Source: Thermoplasmata archaeon
GTDB lineage: Archaea > Thermoplasmatota > Thermoplasmata > Lutacidiplasmatales > UBA184
Length of the DNA stretch: 64,000 nt
Direction of reading: 5' to 3'
NCBI GenBank assembly: GCA_049285595.1
Contig: JBAQAF010000049.1
Coordinates: 12,538 to 76,537, forward strand
Part shown: in pieces, positions 43,504 to 53,388 of the stretch
How the letters are laid out: each line of letters begins with the position of its first letter
How positions within the stretch are numbered: the stretch's first letter is position 1
Notes under the pieces: generated by a model
The model's database searches: none
What the model was told of the DNA's origin: nothing
What the model saw: the letters and a program-made list of their open reading frames with translations, nothing else
Program-made: the position numbers and the translations under genes

Positions 43504-43557
43504 CCCTTCCCCCAGTCACATCGGCGGCGAACCTCGAACGCGCGTCACCGGAAATGG

Positions 43558-44625
43558 CTAGTGCTTCGGGGTCGGCGGCGACCCCGCCGGAGGGAGAAGT
43601 CGGTCGTATCGATGATCGACGAGGGCGCGGAACGTCGCGGCCGGTTCCTGAACGATCTCGATCCCCTCCAAGAACTCCTGCAGCGTGGGAAGCACCGGCC
43701 GTCGGGACGCCCGGGGGTCGTCCGGCGGGGGCGTCGAGCCACCCATCGCACCGAGGAGCCATCGGTCCGGCCCCACCACGAACAGGAACGGGAACACCCT
43801 CGATTCCCGGGAGAGCGTCGCGAACAGCAGTTCCGGGCGAGCGCCGTCCCTGGGAGTGCCCGTGAGGAACACGACCTGATCCGCCGACCGACCCTGATAG
43901 GGCGGCAGCCGCGACGGATCGAGGATCGTGCGATGCACGACCCAGCCGCGCTGAAGGAGTCGCCGCTGGGAAAACGGCAACCCGAGCGGACCGACAAGGT
44001 GCGCCCCACGACCCTGCTCCGCGGCGACGAACGGCCTTCGTAGCATTTCCCCAACCGCCCACCACTGATGGGAGGAGAGCGCGATGCTCTCCTCTTCCGT
44101 CTCGACGCCCTCCACGGTTCCCCCGAGCCCGTGAGGATACGCGATCGTCCCCGGGAGCGCGACGACATTGCACCACAGGCCCTCGAAATCGAAGTAGACC
44201 GGCACGTTCGGGCCGTCCGCCCTCACCGTGACGGTCCTCGGTTCGGGACTCAACCGGTTCTTCACCAACGTGTCGACCGTCCGCCGAGCGTCGTTCGCTT
44301 TTGAGTGGAACATCACCGCGAGCGCCATCTGCGCCCCGGTCCACAGTACGACGGTTCCGGGATTCGAGGAAACGATCTCCACCGTCTCGGCGAACCGATC
44401 GGCGAACGGGCGGAGAAGGACGAACGATACCAGCGGACGCCCGAGCGGGACCGGGTGCGGAACGTACCGGTCGCGAAGCCACCCTTCCTGGTAGGCCCGC
44501 TTACGCACCGCGTGGTACGTCGACCGAGGGACGTCAACCACCCGGAGTCGCTCCCGTTCCCGGTCCGGACGGGCAGCGAGCATCACCGCGATCACTCGGG
44601 CCTCCGACTCCGTCAGCGTCCGCAC
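43558..44625 (-). CDS. Hypothetical protein with N-terminal HTH-like segment
   Basis: The 355-aa ORF has protein-like composition (MRTLTESEARVIAVMLAARPDRERERLRVVDVPRSTYHAVRKRAYQEGWL...). No family recognised. Confidence 0.5.
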   Translation of the reverse strand: MRTLTESEARVIAVMLAARPDRERERLRVVDVPRSTYHAVRKRAYQEGWLRDRYVPHPVPLGRPLVSFVLLRPFADRFAETVEIVSSNPGTVVLWTGAQMALAVMFHSKANDARRTVDTLVKNRLSPEPRTVTVRADGPNVPVYFDFEGLWCNVVALPGTIAYPHGLGGTVEGVETEEESIALSSHQWWAVGEMLRRPFVAAEQGRGAHLVGPLGLPFSQRRLLQRGWVVHRTILDPSRLPPYQGRSADQVVFLTGTPRDGARPELLFATLSRESRVFPFLFVVGPDRWLLGAMGGSTPPPDDPRASRRPVLPTLQEFLEGIEIVQEPAATFRALVDHRYDRLLPPAGSPPTPKH

Positions 44626-44754
44626 AGAATCCCACCTCCCCGAGTGCGACGGCCTAGCATGGAGTCCAGTCGTGACGGGAGCCGGCGAAACTCCGGCTTA
44701 TGAAGCCAGCCGCGCATCGCCACTCTCGAGTGACCCGTGAGAGGTGTCGTATCC

Positions 44755-46170
44755 ATGGCGCTGCGCTCGCGGTCCACGTCGACCTTCCTAGTAGTGGCCT
44801 CCGTCCTCTTGACCATATGTATGTTCGGGAGCGGGATCGCGAGCGCCAGTACCACCCCGGCGGCCTCTCCGTCCCCGTCCTGGGCGTACGGGGAGCTCAA
44901 GACGATAGATTATCACGGATCTGCCGGCCTCTACACCTACGAGGGGAGCGCAACCCTCGGTTTCTCCGTCGTCTTCAACGAGACTCAGAACGCCACAGAC
45001 GGCGTCATCACGGTGAACGCGCTCCGAACGATCGGCGCGCTCGTCAACGTCCGTTACTGCCTGCCCGACTGCTCCTCGCCGCGGATCGTGGCCAACGTCA
45101 GCTACCATGCCTGGGAGACGACCAACGCCTGGGCGAATCTCAGCACCTCCGGGACCGTGACCGAGCCTCACGGCACCGCCGCGGGCCTGGCGTTGAACAA
45201 CTCGAGCGTCGGCGTCACCGCGAAGTTGCGGGAATCGGCCGACTCGATGAACGGCGCGGTGGTCCTCAGCGACCGGTCGCTTGAAGTGAATGTGACCGGA
45301 CGCCTCTCCGTGAATCTCACCCCGTCGCTCGGTCTCTATCCGCTCAACCTGAGCGTGGGGGACACATGGAACTCCTCGAGCGTCTTCAACGCCTCGGGCA
45401 AGATCGCCTGGTCCTCGTTCTACACCGCCTTCGGGACCCACGTGGGAACCCCGGTGAAGACTTCGCAATCGGGAACCGCGATGAAGTCGGGCAACGGTAC
45501 GATCGCTGTCGCGGGGAGTTACGGGGCCGGCACGGACTTCTCCTACCTCGGAACGGCCTATCCCGCTGCGGACCTGACGCTGAGCGGACCGTTCTCGCTC
45601 TTCGAGGGCGTGATCCTGGTGCCGGCCACTGCCGACCTGTTCGCCTCTGGCGCCCACCCGTGGTCGTCCGAGCAGGACGGCTCCGCGGTGGTCAGCAGCG
45701 CCGTACTGGACGTCCACCCCGGCAAGTACTTCCACGGCCACCTACCGATCGTTGCCTCGGGCTTCTATCTCCAGACGGCGGCGTCGAACGTAGCGACCGA
45801 CCTCGCCCCGGCGGAGTCACCGCGGTTCCCGGCCGCGACCCCGACGGCGAGTTCCGACAACTCGACCTTCGTTCAGGGCAACCCCGAAACGGTCGCTCAG
45901 GCCCACTCGGGCCAGACCTGCCTCATCACCGGAGCCGGATGCCCCTTGGCCGCCGGACCGAAATCGCTCCTCCGATTCTTCCTGTTGGTTGGGTCGGTCG
46001 CGGTCGTAGCCGTCCTGGTCGGGGTCGCCGTCGCCGCCCGGCGCCGCCCGCCCGTGCCCGTCTACCCGAACTCGGCGCTCTACCCGCCGGGAACGACCGT
46101 GACTAAGGCTCCGACTCCCGCACCGGCTCCGAAGCCGGCCGAGGAAGATCCGCTCGGCCACCTCTGGTAA
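44755..46170 (+). CDS. Secreted/surface glycoprotein candidate with C-terminal membrane anchor
   Basis: A signal-like N-terminus is present (MALRSRSTSTFLVVASVLLTICMFGSGIASA). There are more than 15 N-x-S/T sequons, a C-terminal TM (FFLLVGSVAVVAVLVGVAVAA) and a basic/Pro-rich tail. The track ORF starts at 44737. Confidence 0.55.
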   Translation: MALRSRSTSTFLVVASVLLTICMFGSGIASASTTPAASPSPSWAYGELKTIDYHGSAGLYTYEGSATLGFSVVFNETQNATDGVITVNALRTIGALVNVRYCLPDCSSPRIVANVSYHAWETTNAWANLSTSGTVTEPHGTAAGLALNNSSVGVTAKLRESADSMNGAVVLSDRSLEVNVTGRLSVNLTPSLGLYPLNLSVGDTWNSSSVFNASGKIAWSSFYTAFGTHVGTPVKTSQSGTAMKSGNGTIAVAGSYGAGTDFSYLGTAYPAADLTLSGPFSLFEGVILVPATADLFASGAHPWSSEQDGSAVVSSAVLDVHPGKYFHGHLPIVASGFYLQTAASNVATDLAPAESPRFPAATPTASSDNSTFVQGNPETVAQAHSGQTCLITGAGCPLAAGPKSLLRFFLLVGSVAVVAVLVGVAVAARRRPPVPVYPNSALYPPGTTVTKAPTPAPAPKPAEEDPLGHLW

Positions 46171-46218
46171 CGTCCCGGCGACCGCGAGCGAGGGGGCATG
46201 CGACCTTGCGCGTGCGCA

Positions 46219-47508
46219 TCAGCTCGAGACCTTGACGCGGACCGGGGCGGCCGTCGCCATCGGGTACCGGAGGATCGCGGCGACCCCTCCGAACGCCTTT
46301 GACAGCATCTCGCCTTCCTCGCTCTCGGTCGAAACGAGCCGGGCGGTCGCGCCACCCTCCGCGGCGCGTCGGAACAACCCCTCGACGTAATCCTCGGTCG
46401 AAAGCTCCGTCAGCGCGCGGGCGCCACAACTGGGGCACGGTCCGTCGAGGACCCCGTCGATCTGATCGTCGGGTAGGGAGCGTTGGAACTCCTTCAGGCA
46501 CGTCGAGCAGCGGAAGGTCACTCGGCGCTGGCGCAGACCGTCCGAGACGAGGAGGATGTCGACCGCCCCGAGCTCGAGGGCGTGCGCGACGTCCCGTTCC
46601 CCGTAGGCCGCGAGCCCGATGTCGGCCTTTCGGATCTCGGAGAGCAGTCGCTGGACGATCCGCTTCTCTTCCGTGAGCTCAAGCCCGTGGAGGGTCTGGG
46701 TCGCCTTCTCCACCATTTCCTTCAGGCCGTAGTCGTCCGTGTAGCCGGTGTCGAACAGCGGCTGGACGACCTTCTGCTGGAGTTCGTAGTGCAGGAACGC
46801 TTCCTTGTAGAAGAACTCCTTCGTCGCCCCGGGTCCGCCGAGGAGGATCCCCTTCAGCTGGTCCTTCTTCGGGAGGAACATATCCCCGGACATCTCCGCG
46901 ATCCGGACGAAGAACTCGTGGGCCGCGTGCTCGATCATCCGCTCGAAGCGGTGCGCGGACTGCCCGCCCCGGCCGTGCTTGCTCGGGACCTGCGACTGCT
47001 TGTTCCGGAGCGCTTCGACGCGCTTGCCCCGAAGGAACCCGAGCGTTACCTCCGCGCGGTCGAGCACGATCAGCCCCCACAGATCCGGCTCATGGACCAT
47101 CGTGAGAAGCGGATCGAGGAAGAACGACGAGTCGCATCGGTACAGGTACGTGTTGAGCGGCTCGGGCGGCTCGACGATGAACGTGACCGGCTCCGACTTG
47201 TCCGCACCGACCGCCTTGCTGCCGACGAAGAACGCCACCCCGTTCGAGGGGGGCTCCTTGAACGCGCGGACCCGCCCCATGAGCGACTCGATCGCCCACA
47301 TCACGTTCTTTCGGGTCGTCCGGCTCTTGATGTTGGAGCTCTGCGCGTACTCGTTCCGCAGGTAGTTCATCACGTCCGAGATCTGTTTGCCCGGCGAAAC
47401 GTAGAGGCTGATCAACTCGGTCGCGCGCCCCCGGGACGCGGCGATCTCGTCGAGCTTGCGCTGGAACGAGTAGCGGGCGAGCTGGGTCTCCGTAGTGTCG
47501 GTCGCCAT
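46219..47508 (-). CDS. prf1: Peptide chain release factor aRF1
   Basis: The NIKS motif (QSSNIKSRTTRKN) and GGQ motif (HGRGGQSAHRFERM) are present, as is a C-terminal zinc-ribbon-like CSTC...CPSCG. Confidence 0.9.
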   Translation of the reverse strand: MATDTTETQLARYSFQRKLDEIAASRGRATELISLYVSPGKQISDVMNYLRNEYAQSSNIKSRTTRKNVMWAIESLMGRVRAFKEPPSNGVAFFVGSKAVGADKSEPVTFIVEPPEPLNTYLYRCDSSFFLDPLLTMVHEPDLWGLIVLDRAEVTLGFLRGKRVEALRNKQSQVPSKHGRGGQSAHRFERMIEHAAHEFFVRIAEMSGDMFLPKKDQLKGILLGGPGATKEFFYKEAFLHYELQQKVVQPLFDTGYTDDYGLKEMVEKATQTLHGLELTEEKRIVQRLLSEIRKADIGLAAYGERDVAHALELGAVDILLVSDGLRQRRVTFRCSTCLKEFQRSLPDDQIDGVLDGPCPSCGARALTELSTEDYVEGLFRRAAEGGATARLVSTESEEGEMLSKAFGGVAAILRYPMATAAPVRVKVSS

Positions 47509-47610
47509 CGATTACGCCCCCGCCCGCCGAACGCTCGGCACTCCGCCGGAGGCAGCACGCCCGGGGAACCCGGACGAGAGTGGGTTCCGCCCGTTCCCCG
47601 GGCCGCGGAG

Positions 47611-47928
47611 TCAGAGGAGGCGACGCACGTGCTCGTCGATGACCTCTTCGGGGTACGCCCCGACGATCCGGTCGACGAGCTTTCCCTGCTTGTAGAACAG
47701 GAGCGTGGGAATGCTCATGATGCCGAGCGCGCCCGCTTTCTCGCCGTTGTCGTCGGAGTTCATCTTGCCGAACGCGACCTTGCCCTTGTACTTCTCGCTG
47801 AGCCGATCGACGATCGGGGAGACCATCCGGCACGGGCCGCACCACGGCGCCCAGATGTCGATGACCGCCGACGAGCTGCCCTGGGTGAACTTGTCAAAGG
47901 TCGTTCCGAGAACCTCTTCTACGGGCAT
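47611..47928 (-). CDS. trxA: Thioredoxin
   Basis: The true start is MPVEEVLGTTFDKF at 47928. The active site is WAPWCGPCR and the conserved SIPTLLFYK is present. Confidence 0.85.
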   Translation of the reverse strand: MPVEEVLGTTFDKFTQGSSSAVIDIWAPWCGPCRMVSPIVDRLSEKYKGKVAFGKMNSDDNGEKAGALGIMSIPTLLFYKQGKLVDRIVGAYPEEVIDEHVRRLL

Positions 47929-48106
47929 ATCGGGATTCCCCACCGGACGAGGTGCGCCGGATATTAAAGAGGGTTGTGAATCGAACGCCACCGGTGGACC
48001 CAGGACCGACCGACCCGCGGTGTGAGGCGGAACTTGCTCCGCCGACGGCCGGTGTCCGTCCTTAGAGAACGAATGGTCTTTGTAGCGAGGAGCCCATGGG
48101 AGAACC

Positions 48107-48937
48107 ATGGTTTCTCCCACCCCACCTTCTCACGCCGAGCGCCAGCTAGGTGTGGCCCCCGATCTCGCCGGTGAGTCGGTCCCCTGGGTCGACCGCGTGG
48201 GACCGAAGGCATCGGTCGTCTCCCCGGCGGCGCGCAAGGCGATCCGCCAGCGCATGCTGTTCTTCCGGCAGGCGTCCCTCGACCGCGTCGCCGCGCTCGC
48301 CGGCGTCCTCCCCGCGGAGCTCCAGTCGTTCCGTCGCGAGCTGCGGGAAGGGGATCTGCCCGACATCCTGTACCAACGAGGGGCGGGCGTCGCCTTCACG
48401 CACGAGCTTCCTCAGGGGGCCTTGCTCTACCTGCTCGTCCGCGCCACCCGACCCACACGGATCGTCGAGACCGGCGTGGGACCGGGGTATTCGACCGCGT
48501 GGCTCCTCGCCGCCCTGGACGCGAACGGGGCGGGCGAACTCGTCTCTCTGGGTCCCGGCACGACCGCCGGGCGACCGGCGGGCCTGCAGAACCTATCGGT
48601 CGGACAGTTCGTTCCGCCGCGGTACCGATCCCGGTGGACCCTCGCGCTCGGGAACTCCGAGGACCGATTGCGTCAGATCCTCTCGGGAGGGAACCGGGTC
48701 GACCTGTTCTTCTACGACAATGGGCCGGACGCGACCCGGGCCCGATTCGAACTGCGGACGGCGTGGGATGCGCTCTCGCCCCGAGGGATCCTTCTCGCCC
48801 ATCACATCGACGCGAACACCGCGTGGACCGAGTTCTGCCGACGGCAGGGACTCCCGCCGCAGATCCTCGACCCGGGTCCTCCCCCGATGGGGGCGATCGG
48901 CCTCCGGGCCGGCCGCCCCGGCGGCGCGACCGCCTGA
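48107..48937 (+). CDS. Class I SAM-dependent methyltransferase-like protein (O-methyltransferase/Methyltransf_24-like)
   Basis: Motif I-like RIVETGVGPGYSTAWLLAAL is present, followed by DLFFYDNGPD. The N-terminal ~90 aa are unassigned and the start is uncertain. Confidence 0.55.
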   Translation: MVSPTPPSHAERQLGVAPDLAGESVPWVDRVGPKASVVSPAARKAIRQRMLFFRQASLDRVAALAGVLPAELQSFRRELREGDLPDILYQRGAGVAFTHELPQGALLYLLVRATRPTRIVETGVGPGYSTAWLLAALDANGAGELVSLGPGTTAGRPAGLQNLSVGQFVPPRYRSRWTLALGNSEDRLRQILSGGNRVDLFFYDNGPDATRARFELRTAWDALSPRGILLAHHIDANTAWTEFCRRQGLPPQILDPGPPPMGAIGLRAGRPGGATA

Positions 48938-49456
48938 CTACCGCTCGAGCTCCTCGACCAGATGGATCGCGGCGGGGACGATCAGCTTCTCGATCGCCGT
49001 GCGGACCGCGCGCTCGCTTCCGGGCAGCGCGAAGACGGGCTTTCCCTTGATCACGAACAGCGACGCCCGGCTGATGAGGGCCAGCGGGCCCACTTCCGCG
49101 AAGCTGAGCGACCGGTAGATCTCGCCGAACCCTTCGAGCCGGCGGCCCCCCATCGCCTCCAGCGCGGCGATCGTGAGGTCGCGCGAGCTGACCCCGGTCC
49201 CGCCGACGGTGACCGCCGCCTCGACCGGGACTTCGTTGAGCCACGGCTCGAGACGCTCTCTCAGGTCCGCGACCGAATTCGCGACGAGCCCGTAGTGCAC
49301 GATCTTGTGCCCCCCGGCCCCGAGCAGTCTCTGGGCCAGCGTTCCCGACGGATCGTCGTCCTCCGTGTGGGTGTCCGACAACGAAACAACGACAAAGCCG
49401 AGGGAACGAGTCCCGCCTAAGTGGTGGCGTCCGGTCGACGCTGGCGCCCCGTTCAT
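48938..49456 (-). CDS. moaB: Molybdenum cofactor biosynthesis protein B (MoaB/Mog family)
   Basis: VVVSLSDT...VTVGGTGVSSRDLT...ALPGSERAV is the MoaB/MogA fold pattern. Confidence 0.8.
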   Translation of the reverse strand: MNGAPASTGRHHLGGTRSLGFVVVSLSDTHTEDDDPSGTLAQRLLGAGGHKIVHYGLVANSVADLRERLEPWLNEVPVEAAVTVGGTGVSSRDLTIAALEAMGGRRLEGFGEIYRSLSFAEVGPLALISRASLFVIKGKPVFALPGSERAVRTAIEKLIVPAAIHLVEELER

Positions 49457-49902
49457 CGTGACGAACCGTCCCCCTTCTCCTTCGACTTGACCCGGATCGG
49501 CCCGAGGACCGTTCCCGGATAGAGTCCGCGGCCATCCTTCTCAAGGTACTTGACCATGTCCCACACGGTGAGGAGGGCGACCGTCGCGCCGACGAGCGCC
49601 TCCATCTCGACCCCGGTACGATCGAGCGCTTCCGCGGTCGCCCGAACCTGGACGGTCCGAGCGCCGACCCGGATCTCGACCTCCCCCCCCGTCAAGTGCA
49701 CCGGGTGGCAGTGCGGGATCAGCTCGGGTGTTCGCTTCATGGCGAGCAGACCGGCGAGCTCCCCGGCCCCGATCGGGTCCCCCTTCGCGACACGCCCCGC
49801 GCGGATGGCTCGGCGGGTCGCCGCCGAGACCGTGAGCTCCCCGAAGGCGACGGCCGTACGTGCTACGACCGGCTTTTCCCCGATCGACCGTTGCCGGGCC
49901 AC
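49453..49902 (-). CDS. moaC: Cyclic pyranopterin monophosphate synthase MoaC
   Basis: The GTG at 49902 is preceded by GGGGGAGG. The sequence is GEKPVVARTAVAFGEL...MKRTPELIPHCHPVHLTG...TGVEMEALVGATVALLTVWDMVK. It forms an ATGA overlap with moaB. The upstream part of track ORF 49453..50691 is artefact. Confidence 0.85.
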   Translation of the reverse strand: MARQRSIGEKPVVARTAVAFGELTVSAATRRAIRAGRVAKGDPIGAGELAGLLAMKRTPELIPHCHPVHLTGGEVEIRVGARTVQVRATAEALDRTGVEMEALVGATVALLTVWDMVKYLEKDGRGLYPGTVLGPIRVKSKEKGDGSSR

Positions 49903-49913
49903 GGACCTCCCCC

Positions 49914-50897
49914 CTACGGCCGCGTCGTCGGTCCGGCGGCGATGTGCGCGAGGACGGCCTCGAGTTGGATCCGGTCGGAGGCCCCCTGCGCGAGGCGGAA
50001 GTCGACCTCGCCGAGGTACTCGATCAATCGGACCTTCTCGCGGGCGGGGAGGGCGGTGTCGGGAATGTCGGGCAGATAGCTGTGGATCGCGCGGAGGATC
50101 TCTTCCCCCGACGTCCCCCGGTCCGTGAACAGCGTATACAGCCGGTCGCGCGCCTCGTTGAAATTTCCCCGGATCGCCGCGGTGAGCATCGCCTCGACCT
50201 CCCGTCGGAGCGGGACGGTCGCGTACTCCTTCACCGTCTCGACCGTCACATGGTCGGTGTGCGTCGCGGTGAGCTGCAAGAGGTTCGTCGCCCGTCGCAG
50301 ATCCCCGGCGCTCGCGCTGACGATCGTCTCGAGCGCCTCCGAGTCGACCGTCGTCCCTTCGGCCTTCGCGATCCGCTCGACCTGAGCTCGCACGGCCGCC
50401 GGGCTGTAGGGCCGGAAGCGGAACACTGCACATCGGGACTGGATCGGGTCGATGATCCGCGACGAGTAGTTGCACGAGAGGATGAACCGACACGATCCGG
50501 AGTATCGTTCCATCATCCGTCGCAGCGACGCCTGCGCCTCCGAGGTCAGATTGTCGGCCTCGTCCAGGAACAGGATCTTGAAACCGACGCCTCCGATCGG
50601 CGCCGTGCGAGCGTACTGCTTGATGGTCGTGCGCACGGTGTCGATGCCCCGCTGGTCGCTCGAATTCAGTTCGAGGAACGACTGGCGCCACTCATCGCCG
50701 AACATATCTCGGGCGAGCGCCAGGGCGGCGGTGGTCTTCCCGGTCCCCGGGGGCCCCGCGAACAGGAGATGGGGCATCGACCGCTTCTGCGCGTACGATC
50801 GGAGCAGCGGGACGATCGATTCCTGGCCGACCATCTTCTCGAGCGACGACGGTCGGTACTTTTCGACCCAGACGGCTTCTCCCGCACGACCGGCCAT
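49914..50897 (-). CDS. rfcS: Replication factor C small subunit
   Basis: WVEKYRP, Walker A GPPGTGKTT, the DEAD-like box ILFLDEADNLT and SRC (IQSRCAVFRF) are all present. No intein is present. Confidence 0.9.
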   Translation of the reverse strand: MAGRAGEAVWVEKYRPSSLEKMVGQESIVPLLRSYAQKRSMPHLLFAGPPGTGKTTAALALARDMFGDEWRQSFLELNSSDQRGIDTVRTTIKQYARTAPIGGVGFKILFLDEADNLTSEAQASLRRMMERYSGSCRFILSCNYSSRIIDPIQSRCAVFRFRPYSPAAVRAQVERIAKAEGTTVDSEALETIVSASAGDLRRATNLLQLTATHTDHVTVETVKEYATVPLRREVEAMLTAAIRGNFNEARDRLYTLFTDRGTSGEEILRAIHSYLPDIPDTALPAREKVRLIEYLGEVDFRLAQGASDRIQLEAVLAHIAAGPTTRP

Positions 50898-50927
50898 CGC
50901 TTCGGGTCGCTCTCGCCCGGTCGGGTA

Positions 50928-51359
50928 TTAGCGTTTCGCGGATGCCCCGTCGGTCGCCGTCGTCGGCGGCGAGCTGGCTCGCGGGAGGTCGCCCCGCTCT
51001 TCCGTGAGATGGCGCCGCAGCGCCTCGGCGACCAGACGACCGTACTGGCCGAGCGCCTGGCGGTGCCCCCCGTGGTCGTCCGCCGCGACGATCCCGTAGA
51101 ACCACCAGAGCTGATCGAGGGACACGAGGAACCGATCGTGGTCGGAGTCGGTCGTTGAACGACCGAGGCGCCGACTGGATCCGGCCGAGACGTGGGCGCG
51201 TACGGCGATGTCCAACGAGGAGATCGCGGTCTGCAGCCCCTCCACGGAAGGCCCGGAGAGAAGCACCAGATTCGTGCTGAGACGGTCGAACCGATCGACG
51301 AGCTCGTCGAGCGTGGCCGAGGGCTCATCTCGTGCCGAGAATCTCGGAGTCGACCGCAC
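50928..51359 (-). CDS. Hypothetical protein (143 aa)
   Basis: It is an ATG ORF, co-directional with rfcS, with helical His/Asp-containing sequence (DHDRFLVSLDQLWWFYGIVAADDHGGH). No family recognised. Confidence 0.4.
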   Translation of the reverse strand: MRSTPRFSARDEPSATLDELVDRFDRLSTNLVLLSGPSVEGLQTAISSLDIAVRAHVSAGSSRRLGRSTTDSDHDRFLVSLDQLWWFYGIVAADDHGGHRQALGQYGRLVAEALRRHLTEERGDLPRASSPPTTATDGASAKR

Positions 51360-51446
51360 GGACGCTTCAGGCCCCGAAGAGAAAAAAAGCCGTTCGGGGC
51401 GTCTCGGAGAGTACGCGCGGCCGCCCGGCGTTCGTCCGGTCCGTGG

Positions 51447-52463
51447 TCAGTCCGGGGGCCGAACGTCCAATGCTCCCAGCGGGACGGGCCGATCCGCCCA
51501 CCCGGCGCGCCCAGCGATCCGTCGTCCGAGGCGGTACTGAAGGTAGACGAACACGGCGGCGACCCCGAGGATCCCGGGAATGGCGAATTCGACCGGGATA
51601 TCCCATAGCCATAGTGCGAGGAGCATTCCCGTGGCAAAGTAGAACTTGGACCACTCGAGCCCCTCGGAGCCGACCCGACGGAGCACGAAGGCGATCGCGG
51701 CGAGATTGACCGTCACGAGCAGCAAGGCGGCGACCCATGCGGAGACCCGCTGCCCGGACGCGAGCACGAGGAGGAGCAGCCATCCGGCAAATCCCAGCGT
51801 GCCGACGATGACGAGCCCGAGCTTTCCCGAGCGGCGCGTGCCCGGTCGTACCGATAGGAGGTCCGCCGGGGCCTTCCCGGCCAATGCCACGAGCCCGGCC
51901 ACGAGGAGAAGGAAGACGGTGAGCGCTTCGGGGGACGGAGGGAACCCTTCGTGAGTCGAGAACAGCGCGACGGTACCGAGGAAGACGACACCGATCAGCA
52001 GGAGGGCGGAGCCGTCGAACCAGCGGTTCCGGCGAGCCTCGGGGTACCACAACCCGACGAGCAGGATCGGAAGCGCGATGGAGTAGGTGGCGTGGAACGC
52101 CACGATCCCGAGGGCCCAGAGCCAGTTCACGCCGAACGCATGGCCGTAGGTCGCCAGCGAGTCCACGGGAGCTCCTGCCGTTTGGAAGATCGTGTGGACC
52201 GCGAACCCTTCCTCCACGATCCCGTACGCCGCCCCCAGGAGGAGGATCGACGCCCATCCCTTCTGGAAGACCACGGCGAATTCGCGGATCAGAAGGGCCC
52301 CGCCTCCGTAGAGTCCGATCTCGAACGCGAAGTCGAGAGCGAACCGCAGCGGCTCGAACGGCAGGGCCGAGATGGGGGTGGAACCCGTGAGCAGCTCGGG
52401 GATCGCTGGCGCGAACAACAGGAGCAGGAGCACCGGAGCCCGCCGCCGGACGAGAATGCGCAC
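51447..52463 (-). CDS. Polytopic integral membrane protein, function unknown
   Basis: The 338-aa ORF has about 9-10 hydrophobic helices. No family recognised. Confidence 0.5.
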   Translation of the reverse strand: MRILVRRRAPVLLLLLFAPAIPELLTGSTPISALPFEPLRFALDFAFEIGLYGGGALLIREFAVVFQKGWASILLLGAAYGIVEEGFAVHTIFQTAGAPVDSLATYGHAFGVNWLWALGIVAFHATYSIALPILLVGLWYPEARRNRWFDGSALLLIGVVFLGTVALFSTHEGFPPSPEALTVFLLLVAGLVALAGKAPADLLSVRPGTRRSGKLGLVIVGTLGFAGWLLLLVLASGQRVSAWVAALLLVTVNLAAIAFVLRRVGSEGLEWSKFYFATGMLLALWLWDIPVEFAIPGILGVAAVFVYLQYRLGRRIAGRAGWADRPVPLGALDVRPPD

Positions 52464-52560
52464 GCGCGCTCCTGCGCCCCGCTCCTACTTGAACCGACGT
52501 CCCGAGGCCGTCGGCGTGGGCCCGTTAATACCGCGCGCTCCCTCGCGACGCCGGCGAACG

Positions 52561-53355
52561 ATGCGCGCTCAACTTGCTCATGTCGCTTTCCGAGGTACGA
52601 TCCGGGAACGCTCCATCGAACCGTTCCTGCAGATCTTCAAGGCGTTACGGTCACGCAAGCGGGTCCGAGCGGTCCTGTTCGACATCTCGAGCGGCGGAGG
52701 GGAGTCCGTCGCCTCGATGGACCTCTATCTCGCCGTCAAACGGCTGAACCAGGTGAAACCGGTCTTCGCCTCCCTCGGAGCGATCGGCGCCTCGGGAGCG
52801 TACCTCGCCGCGCTCGGGGCCCGGCGGATCCTGGCATATCCGGAATCCCAGGTCGGCTCGATCGGCGTGATCTACCCGCATATCGCGGTTCGGGAGCTCG
52901 TCCGCCGGCTCGGCATCTCGGTCGACCTCCTGCACGTCGGAGAGCACAAGGACGCGTACCAGGGGTATCGTCCGCTGACCGACGTGGAACGGGGGAAGCT
53001 CCAGGCGGTCGCGCAGGAGAGCTACGACGGATTCGTGGCGCGGGTCGCCGAGGAACGGCACCGCCCCCTCGAGGAGATCCGCGCGCTCGCCACCGGCGAG
53101 GTATGGTCGGGTCGGCGCGCCGCCGAGCTCGGCCTCATCGACGGGCTCGCCGACCGGGAAGCCGCCCTCCAGGAACTCTCGGAGGCGGTCGGCGTCCCGG
53201 TCTCGAGGACCGTGCGCGTCGTGCCGCCGCGCCCGTTCCTCGAACGACTGTTCGCGGGGGGGATCTCGGGAAGCTTCGGTGGCCTTTCGACGGGCCTCAA
53301 GGAGTCGCTCGAGGACGCGATCCTCGACCTCGGCGGCCCGGCCCTGCGTCGGTAA
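52561..53355 (+). CDS. sppA: Signal peptide peptidase SppA (S49 family), 36K type
   Basis: The true start is the ATG at 52561 (MRAQLAHVAF). The pattern is VLFDISSGGGESVAS...GASGAYLAALGA...SIGVI...GEHKD...GEVWSGRRAAELGLID. Confidence 0.8.
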   Translation: MRAQLAHVAFRGTIRERSIEPFLQIFKALRSRKRVRAVLFDISSGGGESVASMDLYLAVKRLNQVKPVFASLGAIGASGAYLAALGARRILAYPESQVGSIGVIYPHIAVRELVRRLGISVDLLHVGEHKDAYQGYRPLTDVERGKLQAVAQESYDGFVARVAEERHRPLEEIRALATGEVWSGRRAAELGLIDGLADREAALQELSEAVGVPVSRTVRVVPPRPFLERLFAGGISGSFGGLSTGLKESLEDAILDLGGPALRR

Positions 53356-53388
53356 CCGTTATCTAACGGGGGGCGTCTCGAAGGGGCG

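Noticed and set aside
49453-52257. Long ORFs 49453..50691 (-), 49860..51158 (+), 50666..51637 (-), 51367..52257 (-) and 51951..53366 (+).
   Set aside because: They are off-frame or antisense to MoaC, RFC-S, the 338-aa membrane protein and SppA, and have low-complexity Arg/Pro/Gly composition. The real MoaC is only the last 149 codons of 49453..50691.
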